Assembly: GCA_025453395.1 (NCBI GenBank)
Contig: JALOQK010000002.1
Coordinates: 149,625-213,624, forward strand
Direction: 5' to 3'
Length of the DNA: 64,000 bases
Source: Candidatus Omnitrophota bacterium
GTDB taxonomy: Bacteria; Omnitrophota; Gorgyraeia; Gygaellales; Profunditerraquicolaceae
The number at the start of each line of letters is the position of its first letter. Position 1 is the stretch's first letter. Position numbers and translations under genes: made by a program. Below, one piece after another: positions 54,487 through 64,000 of this stretch. The notes beneath the pieces were generated by a model, which worked only from the letters and a program-made list of their open reading frames with translations, was not told where the DNA came from and made no database searches.

Positions 54487-55806
54487 TTAAGCTTTTGGGT
54501 AATTCACTCTTCCGTGGTATATTCCGGATAAGATACGCACGAATACTTTAGCGATTACTTCGATTTCCTTGAGAGTAAGTTCGCATTCGTCAAGTTGTCC
54601 GTCGATGAATTTATTATTAATGATCTTGTGCACCAGTTCTTCTATTTTTGCGGGGGTGGGTTCTTTGAGACAGCGGCTGGCTGCTTCTACTGAATCCGCC
54701 AACATTACTATCGCGGTTTCCTTGGAGCCGGGTTTGGGCCCGGGGTAACGGAATCCGTCTTCTTCTATATTTTTTTCTTCCTCCTGATTTTCAATGGCCC
54801 TGCGGTAGAAATAATATACTAAGCTGGAGCCGTGGTGCTGTTGGATAAAATCAATTATCCGCGGGTTGAGATGATACTTTTGGGCCAATTCTACCCCTTC
54901 CTTCACATGGTTCATGATCACCAGCTTGCTTATGGAGGGGGCAAGATCATCGTGTTTGTTCACGGTTAAAGCTTGATTTTCGCTAAAATAATCCGGCTTG
55001 GAGAGTTTTCCGATGTCATGGTAATAGGCTCCGATGCGCGCTAGAAGCGTGTGCGCTCCCACTGCCTTGGCGGCGGTTTCTGCTAAGTTTCCCACCACAA
55101 GGCTGTGGTGGTAAGTGCCGGGGGCTTCCATGATCATTCTTTGAAGAAGCGGATGATTAAAGTCCGCCAATTCCAGGAGGCTTATGTTGGTAAAGGCGTT
55201 AAATAAGTATTCAAATACCGGCAAGGTCCCTAATATCAAGAAGCTGTAAACTACGGGGTTTAATGCTATAAATATGTAATCCTTGGCCTGGTAATATCCC
55301 GGGCCTTTAATTAAAAAGAGCATCAGCGCCTGCAAGAGCCCTAAGATCACTCCGCTGCGGATGATCACTCCTCTTCTTCTTGCTCCTTTTACAAGCAGCA
55401 CCGCCAGCAATCCGCTTACCAATGACAACAATCCAAAAGATAGGTTGTTGCCATTTATTGCCGCTATAGCCATGGATGATGCCACCACCAGCAATAGCGC
55501 AATTACCAGATTATCAAAGATAAGCATGGATAATATGCCTATGCCAGAAAAAGGGATAAATAACGCCGGCCATCCCTGCTTGGTGATCGTATAGGACAAA
55601 TAAAAAAACAGGGTAAAAAGAAGCGATAAGTTTAAAATCCGGAAATTTTCGTTTTTAAGGTTAGGAAAATATATGCGCGCGTATAATACTAGCGCAAGAA
55701 GCAGAAGCGCAATTAGATTGTTTACCCCTAAGATGTAGCTAAGCGCAAAAAGTATCCCGGAAGCAGATATGAATTTAATGAATATGGAAGTATGCTTGTT
55801 TATCAT
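54487..55806 (-). CDS. 7TM-receptor HD hydrolase (7TMR-HDED / PgpH-like, YqfF family)
   Basis: N-terminal multi-TM region and a C-terminal HD domain (HSLVVGNLAE...YYHDIGK). Conserved phoH-yqfF-ybeY order. Confidence 0.8.
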   Translation of the reverse strand: MINKHTSIFIKFISASGILFALSYILGVNNLIALLLLALVLYARIYFPNLKNENFRILNLSLLFTLFFYLSYTITKQGWPALFIPFSGIGILSMLIFDNLVIALLLVVASSMAIAAINGNNLSFGLLSLVSGLLAVLLVKGARRRGVIIRSGVILGLLQALMLFLIKGPGYYQAKDYIFIALNPVVYSFLILGTLPVFEYLFNAFTNISLLELADFNHPLLQRMIMEAPGTYHHSLVVGNLAETAAKAVGAHTLLARIGAYYHDIGKLSKPDYFSENQALTVNKHDDLAPSISKLVIMNHVKEGVELAQKYHLNPRIIDFIQQHHGSSLVYYFYRRAIENQEEEKNIEEDGFRYPGPKPGSKETAIVMLADSVEAASRCLKEPTPAKIEELVHKIINNKFIDGQLDECELTLKEIEVIAKVFVRILSGIYHGRVNYPKA

Positions 55807-56759
55807 ATGTGTTTTGTTTTATCGTAGGCTTCAATTATCTTTTGCACTAAAGCATGCCTTACTACATCCGACCCGCTTAGTTCTATAAATTTAATCCCTT
55901 CTATTCCCTGCAGTATTTCTCTTGCCTGCAACAGCCCCATGGGCTTGCCGTTAGGAAGGTCGCTTTGGGTAATATCTCCGGTAATAACCGCCTTGGAATC
56001 AAAGCCAAGGCGGGTTAAAAACATCTTCATTTGTTCTATAGTGCAGTTCTGCGCTTCATCAAGCACGATAAACGCGTCGTTTAAGGTCCTCCCGCGCATA
56101 TAGGCTAAGGGCGCTACCTCCACAATGCCGGTTTCCAGATATTTTTCAATGCGTTCCGCGTCCATCATGTCGTAAATGGCGTCGTAGAGCGGCCGCAGGT
56201 ATGGAGAAATCTTTTCGTACATATCCCCAGGAAGAAATCCCAATGATTCTCCAGCTTCAATTGCCGGGCGGGTCAGGATTATTCTTCTTACCTCTTGTTT
56301 GTCAAGCGCCTCTACCGCTGCTGCCATGGCAAGGTAAGTTTTGCCTGTGCCGGCAGGGCCTAAGCCAAATACGATATCGTGCTGTTTAATCGCCTCAAAG
56401 TATTCACGCTGCCCTTGGGTCTTTGGGCCGATGACCCGGTTTTTTCTGTTTGTGTTGCGCAAGATGTTGGCTTCAGGAAGAAAGCTTAAAGCTGTTTTAT
56501 CCGGGTGGCTGTTTCTTAATAAACGATGTATCTGTGTAGAGTCTACCTGGGTTTTATGGTCACCAGTTTGTTCTAAAAGATAGCCGATTATTTCCTGGGC
56601 TTTCTTAAGGCTTTTGGCCGTGCCTTTTATTTTTAAGGTTCCGTCCTGCAGGATGGTTTTTATTTTTAATTCTTTTTCTAAGGCTCGGATATTTTGGTCG
56701 CAGGGCCCAAATATTGCTTGGGCCTGCGCCTGATCACGCAATTTAAAAGACTTTTCCAT
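55803..56759 (-). CDS. ybeZ: PhoH-like ATPase (YbeZ)
   Basis: Walker A GPAGTGKTYLAMA and an N-terminal KH-like region. Confidence 0.9.
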   Translation of the reverse strand: MEKSFKLRDQAQAQAIFGPCDQNIRALEKELKIKTILQDGTLKIKGTAKSLKKAQEIIGYLLEQTGDHKTQVDSTQIHRLLRNSHPDKTALSFLPEANILRNTNRKNRVIGPKTQGQREYFEAIKQHDIVFGLGPAGTGKTYLAMAAAVEALDKQEVRRIILTRPAIEAGESLGFLPGDMYEKISPYLRPLYDAIYDMMDAERIEKYLETGIVEVAPLAYMRGRTLNDAFIVLDEAQNCTIEQMKMFLTRLGFDSKAVITGDITQSDLPNGKPMGLLQAREILQGIEGIKFIELSGSDVVRHALVQKIIEAYDKTKHI

Positions 56760-57337
56760 TACTTGATTTTTTTCATCGCCGGCTCTTTTTTAACTTTCTC
56801 AGCCGGTAGGTCCGGGATCTTTATGGTCTGTCCGGGACGGATCTTGTCTGGTGACTTTAGCACATCCTGATTGGCCTTATATATTTTATACCAGTTTTTG
56901 GTTGTGCCGTATAATTTTTCGGAGATTTTCTGCAATGTGTCACCTTTTTCAACTTTATAGGTACGGAATTGTTCTTCTTTTACAACCGGCTCTGTTATTA
57001 CCGGGGCAATATTGGTATTAACATAGCCCCTGTTGCCGTAGGTTACATCTTCAGGTTCCGGAATGTTGATTACGGGCTCTGGCGCGTTTTCCTGAATCTT
57101 AGGCTTGGTTTCTAAACGGAAAAGCGGGTGCAGCTCTACTTCTACTACTCTTGTGTCGCGGGTAGTTGCGCGGCCCGCAGTTGGTGCCGGAGCATTTCCT
57201 TTTAAATATCCGCGGTTACCCATGGATAGATTCTGGTCTACTCTGTCTCGGGTGTTTTTATAAGTTCTTACCACGCATCCAGAGGCCAGAAATGCCGCGG
57301 CGATTACAAAAGATAAAAACAATTTTTCTTTTTTCAT
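56759..57337 (-). CDS. LysM-domain lipoprotein
   Basis: Lipobox LASGC and a C-terminal LysM (YKVEKGDTLQKISEKLYG...IRPGQTIKIP). Confidence 0.7.
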   Translation of the reverse strand: MKKEKLFLSFVIAAAFLASGCVVRTYKNTRDRVDQNLSMGNRGYLKGNAPAPTAGRATTRDTRVVEVELHPLFRLETKPKIQENAPEPVINIPEPEDVTYGNRGYVNTNIAPVITEPVVKEEQFRTYKVEKGDTLQKISEKLYGTTKNWYKIYKANQDVLKSPDKIRPGQTIKIPDLPAEKVKKEPAMKKIK

Positions 57338-58731
57338 TTGTTCCTCCCTTGGTTTATTGTTAATAGATGCAGCTCTTTTAGTTGTTTATCGTCTACTGTG
57401 GATGGGGCGCTGGTTAACGGACAAAATGCCTTTTGGGTCTTAGGGAAGGCAATTACTTCCCGGATGCTTGACTGGCCAGCTAATATTGCCAAAAGCCGGT
57501 CAATCCCAAAGGCAAACCCTCCGTGAGGCGGCGCTCCATATTCAAACGCCTCCAGAAGGAATCCAAAACGTTTTTGGGCCTCCTCTTTATTTATGCCGAT
57601 GATTTCAAATATTTTTGCTTGCATTTTCGGGTCATGAATCCTGATTGAGCCTGAACCAAGTTCTATGCCGTTAAGCACCAGGTCATAACAGCGGGATTTG
57701 ATTTTATCGGGGTTTTTGCTTAGCGCTTCAAGCTCGCTTGTATCGGGGCAGGTGAAAGGATGATGCTCACTTTCCCAGCGTTTTTCTTCATCATTATATT
57801 TAAAAAGCGGAAAATCCGTGATCCAGCAAAAAGCGTATTCAGCATTAAATTCTTTTCTTAAGTCCGGCTTGTCAGACTGATATTTGCTTTGAGCTTCTTG
57901 ATAGGTTATTCTTTTAAAGGGGATCTGCAGTTCAATGTTTTTTGTTTCTTTAAAAATAAGATACATCAGTTTTTCTATGACATTATAGATGTCTTCTTCA
58001 TCGACAAAAGACATCTCCATGTCAAGCTGGGTGAATTCCGGCTGGCGGTCAGCCCTTAAATCCTCATCGCGGAAACACTTGGCGACCTGGAAATAGCGGT
58101 CAATGCCGGAAACCATCAGTATCTGTTTGAATAATTGCGGTGATTGCGGAAGCGCGTAGAATTCTGCCGGATTAAGCCTTGAAGGCACCAGATAGTCTCT
58201 TGCTCCTTCGGGAGTGGATTTAGTAAGGATCGGGGTTTCCGACTCAATGAAATTTTCTTCGCACAAGGCCTTCCTTATGACCTGGTAAACTTTATGGCGC
58301 AGATAGAAATTATTAAATGCCTTCGGCCTTCTTAGGTCCAGATACCGGTATTTAAGCCGCATCTCTTCGGTAACTTCAAGGTTGTCATCAATCTCAAACG
58401 GCGGAGTAAGGCTTGAATTCAATATTTCCATGTCTTTGGCGATAAGCTCTATCTGACCGGTAGCGAGATTCGGATTGATGTTGTTTGCCGGCCGCTTATT
58501 GACTAACCCGGTTACCTTTAAAACAAATTCGCTTCTTATGCTTTCTGCTTTCTTATAAGATTCTCCGGCGTCTTTAGGCAGGAATGTGACTTGAGTTAAG
58601 CCGTAACGGTCGCGCAAGTCAATAAAAATAAGTTTTCCGTGGTCGCGCCGGGTTTGCACCCAGCCGCAGACGGTAACAGTTTGTCCTGCCAGCGAGGCGT
58701 TTAATTGTCCGCAAGTATGTGTTCTTAACAT
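57334..58731 (-). CDS. aspS: Aspartate--tRNA ligase, short form lacking the GAD insertion
   Basis: N-terminal anticodon-binding OB fold (MLRTHTCGQL...) and class II motifs. At about 465 aa it is shorter than typical bacterial AspRS (about 590 aa). Confidence 0.9.
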   Translation of the reverse strand: MLRTHTCGQLNASLAGQTVTVCGWVQTRRDHGKLIFIDLRDRYGLTQVTFLPKDAGESYKKAESIRSEFVLKVTGLVNKRPANNINPNLATGQIELIAKDMEILNSSLTPPFEIDDNLEVTEEMRLKYRYLDLRRPKAFNNFYLRHKVYQVIRKALCEENFIESETPILTKSTPEGARDYLVPSRLNPAEFYALPQSPQLFKQILMVSGIDRYFQVAKCFRDEDLRADRQPEFTQLDMEMSFVDEEDIYNVIEKLMYLIFKETKNIELQIPFKRITYQEAQSKYQSDKPDLRKEFNAEYAFCWITDFPLFKYNDEEKRWESEHHPFTCPDTSELEALSKNPDKIKSRCYDLVLNGIELGSGSIRIHDPKMQAKIFEIIGINKEEAQKRFGFLLEAFEYGAPPHGGFAFGIDRLLAILAGQSSIREVIAFPKTQKAFCPLTSAPSTVDDKQLKELHLLTINQGRNK

Positions 58732-58840
58732 TTGAAAGCTCCGTTTAAGCGTAAAACGCAAATCGAAAAAGGTAAAACTATAATTTAAAACTTAGAATTT
58801 TTAATTTTGAATTCTGGTTTTACGCTCTACGCTTTTAATT

Positions 58841-60079
58841 TTACATTGATAAATATGTGGCGATTTCTTTTATGCTGATTTCTTTTTGAGTGCTATCCGA
58901 CATGTTTTTTACCGTAATGACATTCTTTTCTAATTCATTGTCGCCTAAGATCAAAACATATTTAGCGGCCTGGTCATTGGCTTGGCGCATGGCAGCTTTT
59001 AGAGACCTGTCTTCCAGATTAGAAACTACTGGTATGGCGTTGTCCCTTAAATTTTCAGTAATTTTTAGAAGCGCTAATCGCGCCTTTTCTCCCATGCCGA
59101 TAGCATAAACTAAATCCTCCGCAAGCTTAGGCGGCGTTTTTTGCGCTGCAAGCATTAACCTTTCTACTCCAAAGGCAAAACCTACCGAGTTCTTATCCGG
59201 CCCCCCGAGTTGCTTGATCAGGTTATCGTATCTTCCTCCTGCTCCTATAGCATCCTGCGCGCCAAGGCCGGAATGCTTGATTTCAAAGACGGTGCGGGTG
59301 TAATAATCAAGCCCGCGCACTAAATACGGTGAAATCTTGAAATTAACCCCGGCATTTTCTAATCCGGCGATGACTTTCTTGAAAAATCCGTCGCATTCAG
59401 CACAGAGGTGCTTATTAGCGATGTCTATGCTTCGGATGATTTTCTGGCAGTTTTCCTCTTTGCAGTCAAGGATCCTTAGCGCGTTGGAATTAAAGCGAAT
59501 GTTGCATTCCGGGCAAAGCTGGTTTAATTTTTCCTGAAGCTTGTCTTTAAGGTTGGCGATTAACTTTTGTTTGTCAGAAGAGCAGCCCAGATTATTAATT
59601 ATTATTTCATATCCCTCTATGCCGTATGCCTTAAGCAGGCGATTGGCAAGCGCGATGGTTTCAACATCAGCTTCGTAACTTGAGCAGCCGATAATTTCTG
59701 TGCCGATATGGTGAAATTGACGCAGTCTTCCTTTTTGCGGCCGCTCCAAGCGAAACATGGGGCCGATGTAAAAGAGTTTAGCCAGGCCGTCTGTCTTATC
59801 AAGGTTATTCTCAATGTACGCCCGGGCGATTGAAGCGGTGCCCTCGGGGCGCAGGACGTAAGATTCATCCTTATTATTTATTACAAACATCTGTTTCTGG
59901 ACGATCTCGGTAAATTCCCCTAAACAGCGGTTAAAAAGCGCTAAATCTTCAATTATGGGAGTGCGGATTTCCTTAAAATTGTATAAGCGGAAAATATCGC
60001 GGCTTATTTCTTCTATTCTTTGCCAATAACAAGATTCACCTGGCAGGATGTCCTTTGTGCCTGAAACTTTTTTAAACAT
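58841..60079 (-). CDS. hisS: Histidine--tRNA ligase
   Basis: Class II motifs and a conserved N-terminus (GTKDILPGES...RPEGTA). Confidence 0.9.
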   Translation of the reverse strand: MFKKVSGTKDILPGESCYWQRIEEISRDIFRLYNFKEIRTPIIEDLALFNRCLGEFTEIVQKQMFVINNKDESYVLRPEGTASIARAYIENNLDKTDGLAKLFYIGPMFRLERPQKGRLRQFHHIGTEIIGCSSYEADVETIALANRLLKAYGIEGYEIIINNLGCSSDKQKLIANLKDKLQEKLNQLCPECNIRFNSNALRILDCKEENCQKIIRSIDIANKHLCAECDGFFKKVIAGLENAGVNFKISPYLVRGLDYYTRTVFEIKHSGLGAQDAIGAGGRYDNLIKQLGGPDKNSVGFAFGVERLMLAAQKTPPKLAEDLVYAIGMGEKARLALLKITENLRDNAIPVVSNLEDRSLKAAMRQANDQAAKYVLILGDNELEKNVITVKNMSDSTQKEISIKEIATYLSM

Positions 60080-60112
60080 GTTTTTCTAAAGAAAGGTGAG
60101 CTTTAAATACGG

Positions 60113-60385
60113 TTATTTTATATCTTGCTTCATTTCTAAGCCGGGCTTGAAGACTACCACTTTGCGGGGCGGGACAGGAACTACTTCTCCCGTGCGGGGA
60201 TTCCGTCCGGTACGGCTTTTTCTTTGTTTTATTTTAAACACGCCAAAATTCCTTAATTCAATCTTTTCTCCGCGAATTAAGGCTTCGGTAATGCATTCGA
60301 ATGTTTTTTGCACTACGCGCTTGACGTCTATTTGCTTTAATTCAGTTTGATCGGAAACTTTTAAAATAATATCTTTTTTTGTCAT
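60113..60385 (-). CDS. hup: HU/IHF-family DNA-binding protein
   Basis: 90 aa. MTKKDII...GEKIELRNFGVFKIKQRKSRTGRNPRTGE..VP..KVVVFKPG. Confidence 0.85.
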   Translation of the reverse strand: MTKKDIILKVSDQTELKQIDVKRVVQKTFECITEALIRGEKIELRNFGVFKIKQRKSRTGRNPRTGEVVPVPPRKVVVFKPGLEMKQDIK

Positions 60386-60459
60386 GAAAAGCCCCCTTTT
60401 TTAAGGCTTAAATATTTGTAACTATAATATAAGCAAAAACTTACGTTGTCAAGGGCTTT

Positions 60460-63400
60460 TTAAAGCACAAGCGACAATCTGTCTTCCCCCACCAGGCTAA
60501 TTGTGTCTTCAATAAGTTTTTCGCTTGGGGAAACGAAAAGGTCTTCTCCTACAAGCATTTGAACCCGGGTCTTGGCAGGAGTATGTATATTAAGGTAAAC
60601 CGGAATGCTGCCGCGGTTAGCGGCAAGAAGCAGTTTTAAAGAGGAAAACAGGCTGTCCGGCATACCGGCAAGGTTTATATTTATCGAAGAGATTAGCTTA
60701 TATGCTGTTTCCATAGGCACAAGGTCGTTGACCAGGACTTTGGGGTTTTCTTCTTTCAGGTTAAGCGTGCCTTTGACTAAGACTACTGTTCCGGGGATAA
60801 GATAACGCGATACTTTTTGAAATGAGCGCGGGAAAACAAGCGCCTCTACCTGCGCCTGCAGGTCTTCTAATTTAAGGATCGCCATTTTTTCCTGTTTGGC
60901 CCTGGTCACAGTTTGTTTTATTTTTGCGATCAATCCCACGAATTTTACCTCTTCCTCGTCTTTGTGCTGGTGCAAAAGGTTTATGGAAGTAGAAGCAAAA
61001 CGTTTTAACTGATTGGCGTAACGCGCTAAGGGGTGGCCGCTGACGTAAAATCCCAGCATTTCTTTTTCAAAGGCCAAAACCTGCGGCTGCGGCCATTCTT
61101 TTACCTCTGTGATCTGGACGTTTCCGGCATCAAAACCAAAAAATGACATCTGTCCGCTTGAGCGGTCTTTTTGCGCCTTGGATGAGGCATCCAGTATTTT
61201 TTCCAGGTTGGCCGCCATTTGAGCCCTGGGCATGCCAAAGGAATTCATCGCTCCGCATTTTATCAGGCTTTCCAAAACCTTTTTATTTACCAGGCGCATA
61301 TCAACTGATGATGTTAATTGCTGCAGCGAAGTAAAGCTGCCGTTATTATTTCTGGAAGCTATAATGGACTCAATCGCCCCTTCTCCTACGTTTTTTACCG
61401 CGATCAAACCGTAACGGATAGTTTTATCGTCTATTACCTTGAACAACAGGTCGCTTTCATTTATGTCAGGGGGAAGAATGGTTATTCCCATGCGGTTTGC
61501 TTCGGTTACATATTCCACCAGCTTATCGGTATTGTTGCGTTCTGAGGTTAAAAGCGCGGTCATGAATTCAACCGGGTAGTTTGCTTTTAAGTATGCCGTG
61601 CGATAGGAAATAAGCGCGTAGGCGGTAGAATGAGATTTATTGAAACCGTAACCGGAAAAATACTCAATCAGGTCAAATATTTTGCTGGCCAAAGATTCCC
61701 GGATATTATTTTTAATGCAACCCTGAATAAAGCCAATGCGTTGTTTTTCCATTACCTCCGGGATCTTCTTGCCCATGGCCTTGCGCAAGACATCTGCTTG
61801 GGCTAAGCTAAAACCAGCTAAGCTAGATGCAATTTGCATGATCTGTTCCTGATAGACCATGATCCCGTAGGTTTCTTTAAGTATCGGCTCAAGTTTCGGG
61901 TGCTCGTATTTTATGGGGATGATATTGTGTTTGCGTTTAATAAAATCATCAAGCATGCCTGAGCCTATGGGGCCGGGCCGGTATAATGCCAGAAGCGCGA
62001 TTAAGTCTTCAAAACGCTGCGGTTCAAGCTTTTTTAAAAGGTCGCGCATGCCGGAACTTTCAACCTGAAAAACTCCCACGGTGTGCGCGTCGCATAACAA
62101 TTTATAAGTATTCGGGTCGTTAAGCGGGAGAGTTTCAATATCCACTTTCTTGCCTTTGGTCTGTTCTATTATGCGCAAAGTCTGGTCTATTACCGTAAGC
62201 GTGCGAAGGCCCAGGAAATCCATTTTTAGTAAACCGATTTTCTCAAGGGCGGACATGCTGTATCCGGTTGTGACCTGGTCGTCGTTAGTCTTAAAAAGCG
62301 GGCTGTAATTATTGAGCGGCTTATCAGCCAGGACTACGCCTGCGGCGTGCACTGAAGCGTGGCGGTTTAGGCCTTCAAGGTCAAGGGCCGTGGTGATAAG
62401 TTCTTTGATTTGAGGGTCGTTTTTATACAGATTATTTAATTCCGGCTCAGAGGAAAGCGCGTCTTTTAAGGTCGTTCCTAATTCAGTAGGGATCATCTTG
62501 GCGATTTTATCCACATCCGCGTAAGGCATGCCCATTACTCTTCCTACGTCACGCACAACCGCTTTGGCCTGCATAGTCCCGAAGGTGATTATCTGCGCGA
62601 CATTTTCCCGGCCGTATTTTTCTGTGACGTAATCAATAACCTGTTGCCTGCCTTCATAACAGAAGTCAATGTCAATATCAGGCATACTCATGCGGTCAGG
62701 GTTTAAGAATCTTTCAAATATCAAGCCGTAGGCAAGAGGATTAATATCAGTAATGCCTAAAAGATAGCTGACTAAGCTGCCGGCGGCGCTTCCTCTTCCG
62801 GGGCCTACCGGGATATTCTTTTCTTTGGCATAGCGTATGAAGTCCCAGACGATAAGGAAATAACTGGTGAATCCCATATTTTTTATGATTCGGGATTCAT
62901 ATTCAAGGCGTTCTTTTATTTCTGGAGTAATTTGTTCGAATCTTTTTTTGATCCCCTCAAGGCACAATTTCTCAAGGTAATTTTCTTTAGTTTGATTTTC
63001 CGGAGGTTCGTATCTGGGTAGATGAAGTTGGTTAAAATCTAATTCTAAGTTGCATCTTGAGGCGATTTCAAGGCTATTAGTGATTGCTTCGGGGTAATCG
63101 TTAAAGAGTTTTTTCATCTCTTGGGGAGATTTAAAATAAAACTCATTAGTTTGCATGCGCATGCGGTTTTGGTCATCAAGGGTGGTCTGGGTCTGGATGC
63201 ATAAAAGGGCCTCGTGGCTTTTGGCATGCTCTTTGTTGATATAATGCACATCGTTTGTGGCGATTAACGGCAGGTTTAGTTCTTTAGCGATTTTTAAAAG
63301 GCCTTCATTGGCTTTTTTCTGGTCGGGGATCATGTTTTCCTGCAGCTCTATGTAAAAATTATTTTTTCCTAAGATGCAGCTTAAATCATCAGCGGCTTTT

Positions 63401-63876
63401 ATGGCATCATTTAAACGCCTCTGCAGGATCAAAGACGGGATTTCTCCTTTTAAGCAGGCGCTTAAAGCTATGAGGCCTTCAGAGTGGCGGCTTAGGGATT
63501 CTTTATCAATTCTTGGGCGGTAATAAAAACCTTCCAGGTAACCCAATGAAACAAGTTTCATCAGGTTTTGGTATCCTTTTTCGTCTCTGGCCAAAAGTAT
63601 CAGGTGGTTGTTTGTCTCTTCCTGGCTGGTTGCGGTTTTATCAAAGCGGCTTTTGGGGGCCACATACACTTCACATCCGATGATCGGTTTTATTCCTGCT
63701 TTTTGCGCTTCAATATAAAAGTCAATCGCCCCGAACATATTACCGTGGTCGGTAATAGCCAGAGAATCCATTTTATAAAGTTTGGCGGTTTGCAAAAGAT
63801 CATGAATTCTGCAGGCACCGTCCAGAAGCGAGTATTGGGTATGTAAGTGTAAATGAATAAACTCGGAATGAGGCAT
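60460..63876 (-). CDS. dnaE: DNA polymerase III alpha subunit
   Basis: 1138 aa. N-terminal PHP domain (HLHLHTQYSLLDGA), polymerase core and a C-terminal OB domain. Confidence 0.95.
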   Translation of the reverse strand: MPHSEFIHLHLHTQYSLLDGACRIHDLLQTAKLYKMDSLAITDHGNMFGAIDFYIEAQKAGIKPIIGCEVYVAPKSRFDKTATSQEETNNHLILLARDEKGYQNLMKLVSLGYLEGFYYRPRIDKESLSRHSEGLIALSACLKGEIPSLILQRRLNDAIKAADDLSCILGKNNFYIELQENMIPDQKKANEGLLKIAKELNLPLIATNDVHYINKEHAKSHEALLCIQTQTTLDDQNRMRMQTNEFYFKSPQEMKKLFNDYPEAITNSLEIASRCNLELDFNQLHLPRYEPPENQTKENYLEKLCLEGIKKRFEQITPEIKERLEYESRIIKNMGFTSYFLIVWDFIRYAKEKNIPVGPGRGSAAGSLVSYLLGITDINPLAYGLIFERFLNPDRMSMPDIDIDFCYEGRQQVIDYVTEKYGRENVAQIITFGTMQAKAVVRDVGRVMGMPYADVDKIAKMIPTELGTTLKDALSSEPELNNLYKNDPQIKELITTALDLEGLNRHASVHAAGVVLADKPLNNYSPLFKTNDDQVTTGYSMSALEKIGLLKMDFLGLRTLTVIDQTLRIIEQTKGKKVDIETLPLNDPNTYKLLCDAHTVGVFQVESSGMRDLLKKLEPQRFEDLIALLALYRPGPIGSGMLDDFIKRKHNIIPIKYEHPKLEPILKETYGIMVYQEQIMQIASSLAGFSLAQADVLRKAMGKKIPEVMEKQRIGFIQGCIKNNIRESLASKIFDLIEYFSGYGFNKSHSTAYALISYRTAYLKANYPVEFMTALLTSERNNTDKLVEYVTEANRMGITILPPDINESDLLFKVIDDKTIRYGLIAVKNVGEGAIESIIASRNNNGSFTSLQQLTSSVDMRLVNKKVLESLIKCGAMNSFGMPRAQMAANLEKILDASSKAQKDRSSGQMSFFGFDAGNVQITEVKEWPQPQVLAFEKEMLGFYVSGHPLARYANQLKRFASTSINLLHQHKDEEEVKFVGLIAKIKQTVTRAKQEKMAILKLEDLQAQVEALVFPRSFQKVSRYLIPGTVVLVKGTLNLKEENPKVLVNDLVPMETAYKLISSININLAGMPDSLFSSLKLLLAANRGSIPVYLNIHTPAKTRVQMLVGEDLFVSPSEKLIEDTISLVGEDRLSLVL

Positions 63877-64000
63877 GGTAAGGATTAAAAATTTAAAATT
63901 AAAAATGCAAAATTATAATTCAAAATCCAAGGCAGTAAAAATTACAATTAAAAATCCCAAAAAAACTTAAATGCAGAAATATTAAGAAAATAATAAATTA

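Overview
This 64-kb window looks like a chromosomal segment from an AT-rich (about 40% GC), probably anaerobic, uncultivated-lineage bacterium. Gene density is high and several genes overlap by a few bases. Genes run on the + strand up to about 31.9 kb and on the - strand from about 32.1 kb onward, so transcription converges on a 275-bp gap. That gap holds a near-consensus XerC/D dif site (32037-32064), which I read as the replication terminus. The + block carries a 5'-truncated GAF histidine kinase, a REP-associated tyrosine transposase (RAYT) flanked by inverted REP-like elements, and a PilZ gene. It continues with smc, a GAF-GGDEF cyclase, rpsU (absent from the ORF track), a Memo-like protein, then aroQ-pepP-efp-accB-accC-asp23 in a Bacillus-like order. 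Further along are a PPi-type phosphofructokinase, heptose genes (gmhA and an adenylyltransferase), thiE-thiC, tRNA-Gly, an M23 peptidase, an AAA ATPase, a phosphoesterase, HIT, dGTPase, GAF/HD-GYP, SPOR, a small basic protein, an M50 protease, aroB, a cluster of two PilZ genes plus a zinc-ribbon gene, DUF4416, an M48 protease, a PflX-type radical SAM enzyme and DUF2062. The - block carries dnaE, hup, hisS, aspS, LysM, phoH-7TMR_HD-ybeY, recO, panE, a PolX-HhH/PHP protein, apbE, nfnAB, panB, glyQS, ppdK, a sigma-70 factor, apt, tRNA-Arg, a PHP protein and an outer-membrane porin. The most unusual part is an eight-gene - strand operon at 32.6-37.7 kb. It codes for a GH57 glucan enzyme, a membrane protein, a ParA-type ATPase fused to a CBM48 glycogen-binding domain, a DUF4870 membrane protein, a lysine-rich protein with an EF-Tu-domain-2-like barrel, a proteasome-beta-like Ntn hydrolase and two small Cys-rich proteins. 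This may be a previously undescribed ParA-driven glycogen-granule positioning or turnover system. Other signals are a dispersed 16-bp motif family with 10-bp phasing (between accB and accC, and between ppdK and glyQS), several TTGACA-N17-TATAAT promoters placed for leaderless or near-leaderless transcripts, and a GC-rich, hairpin-rich 330-bp intergenic segment that may be a ncRNA. No rRNA genes, CRISPR arrays or cas genes were seen.
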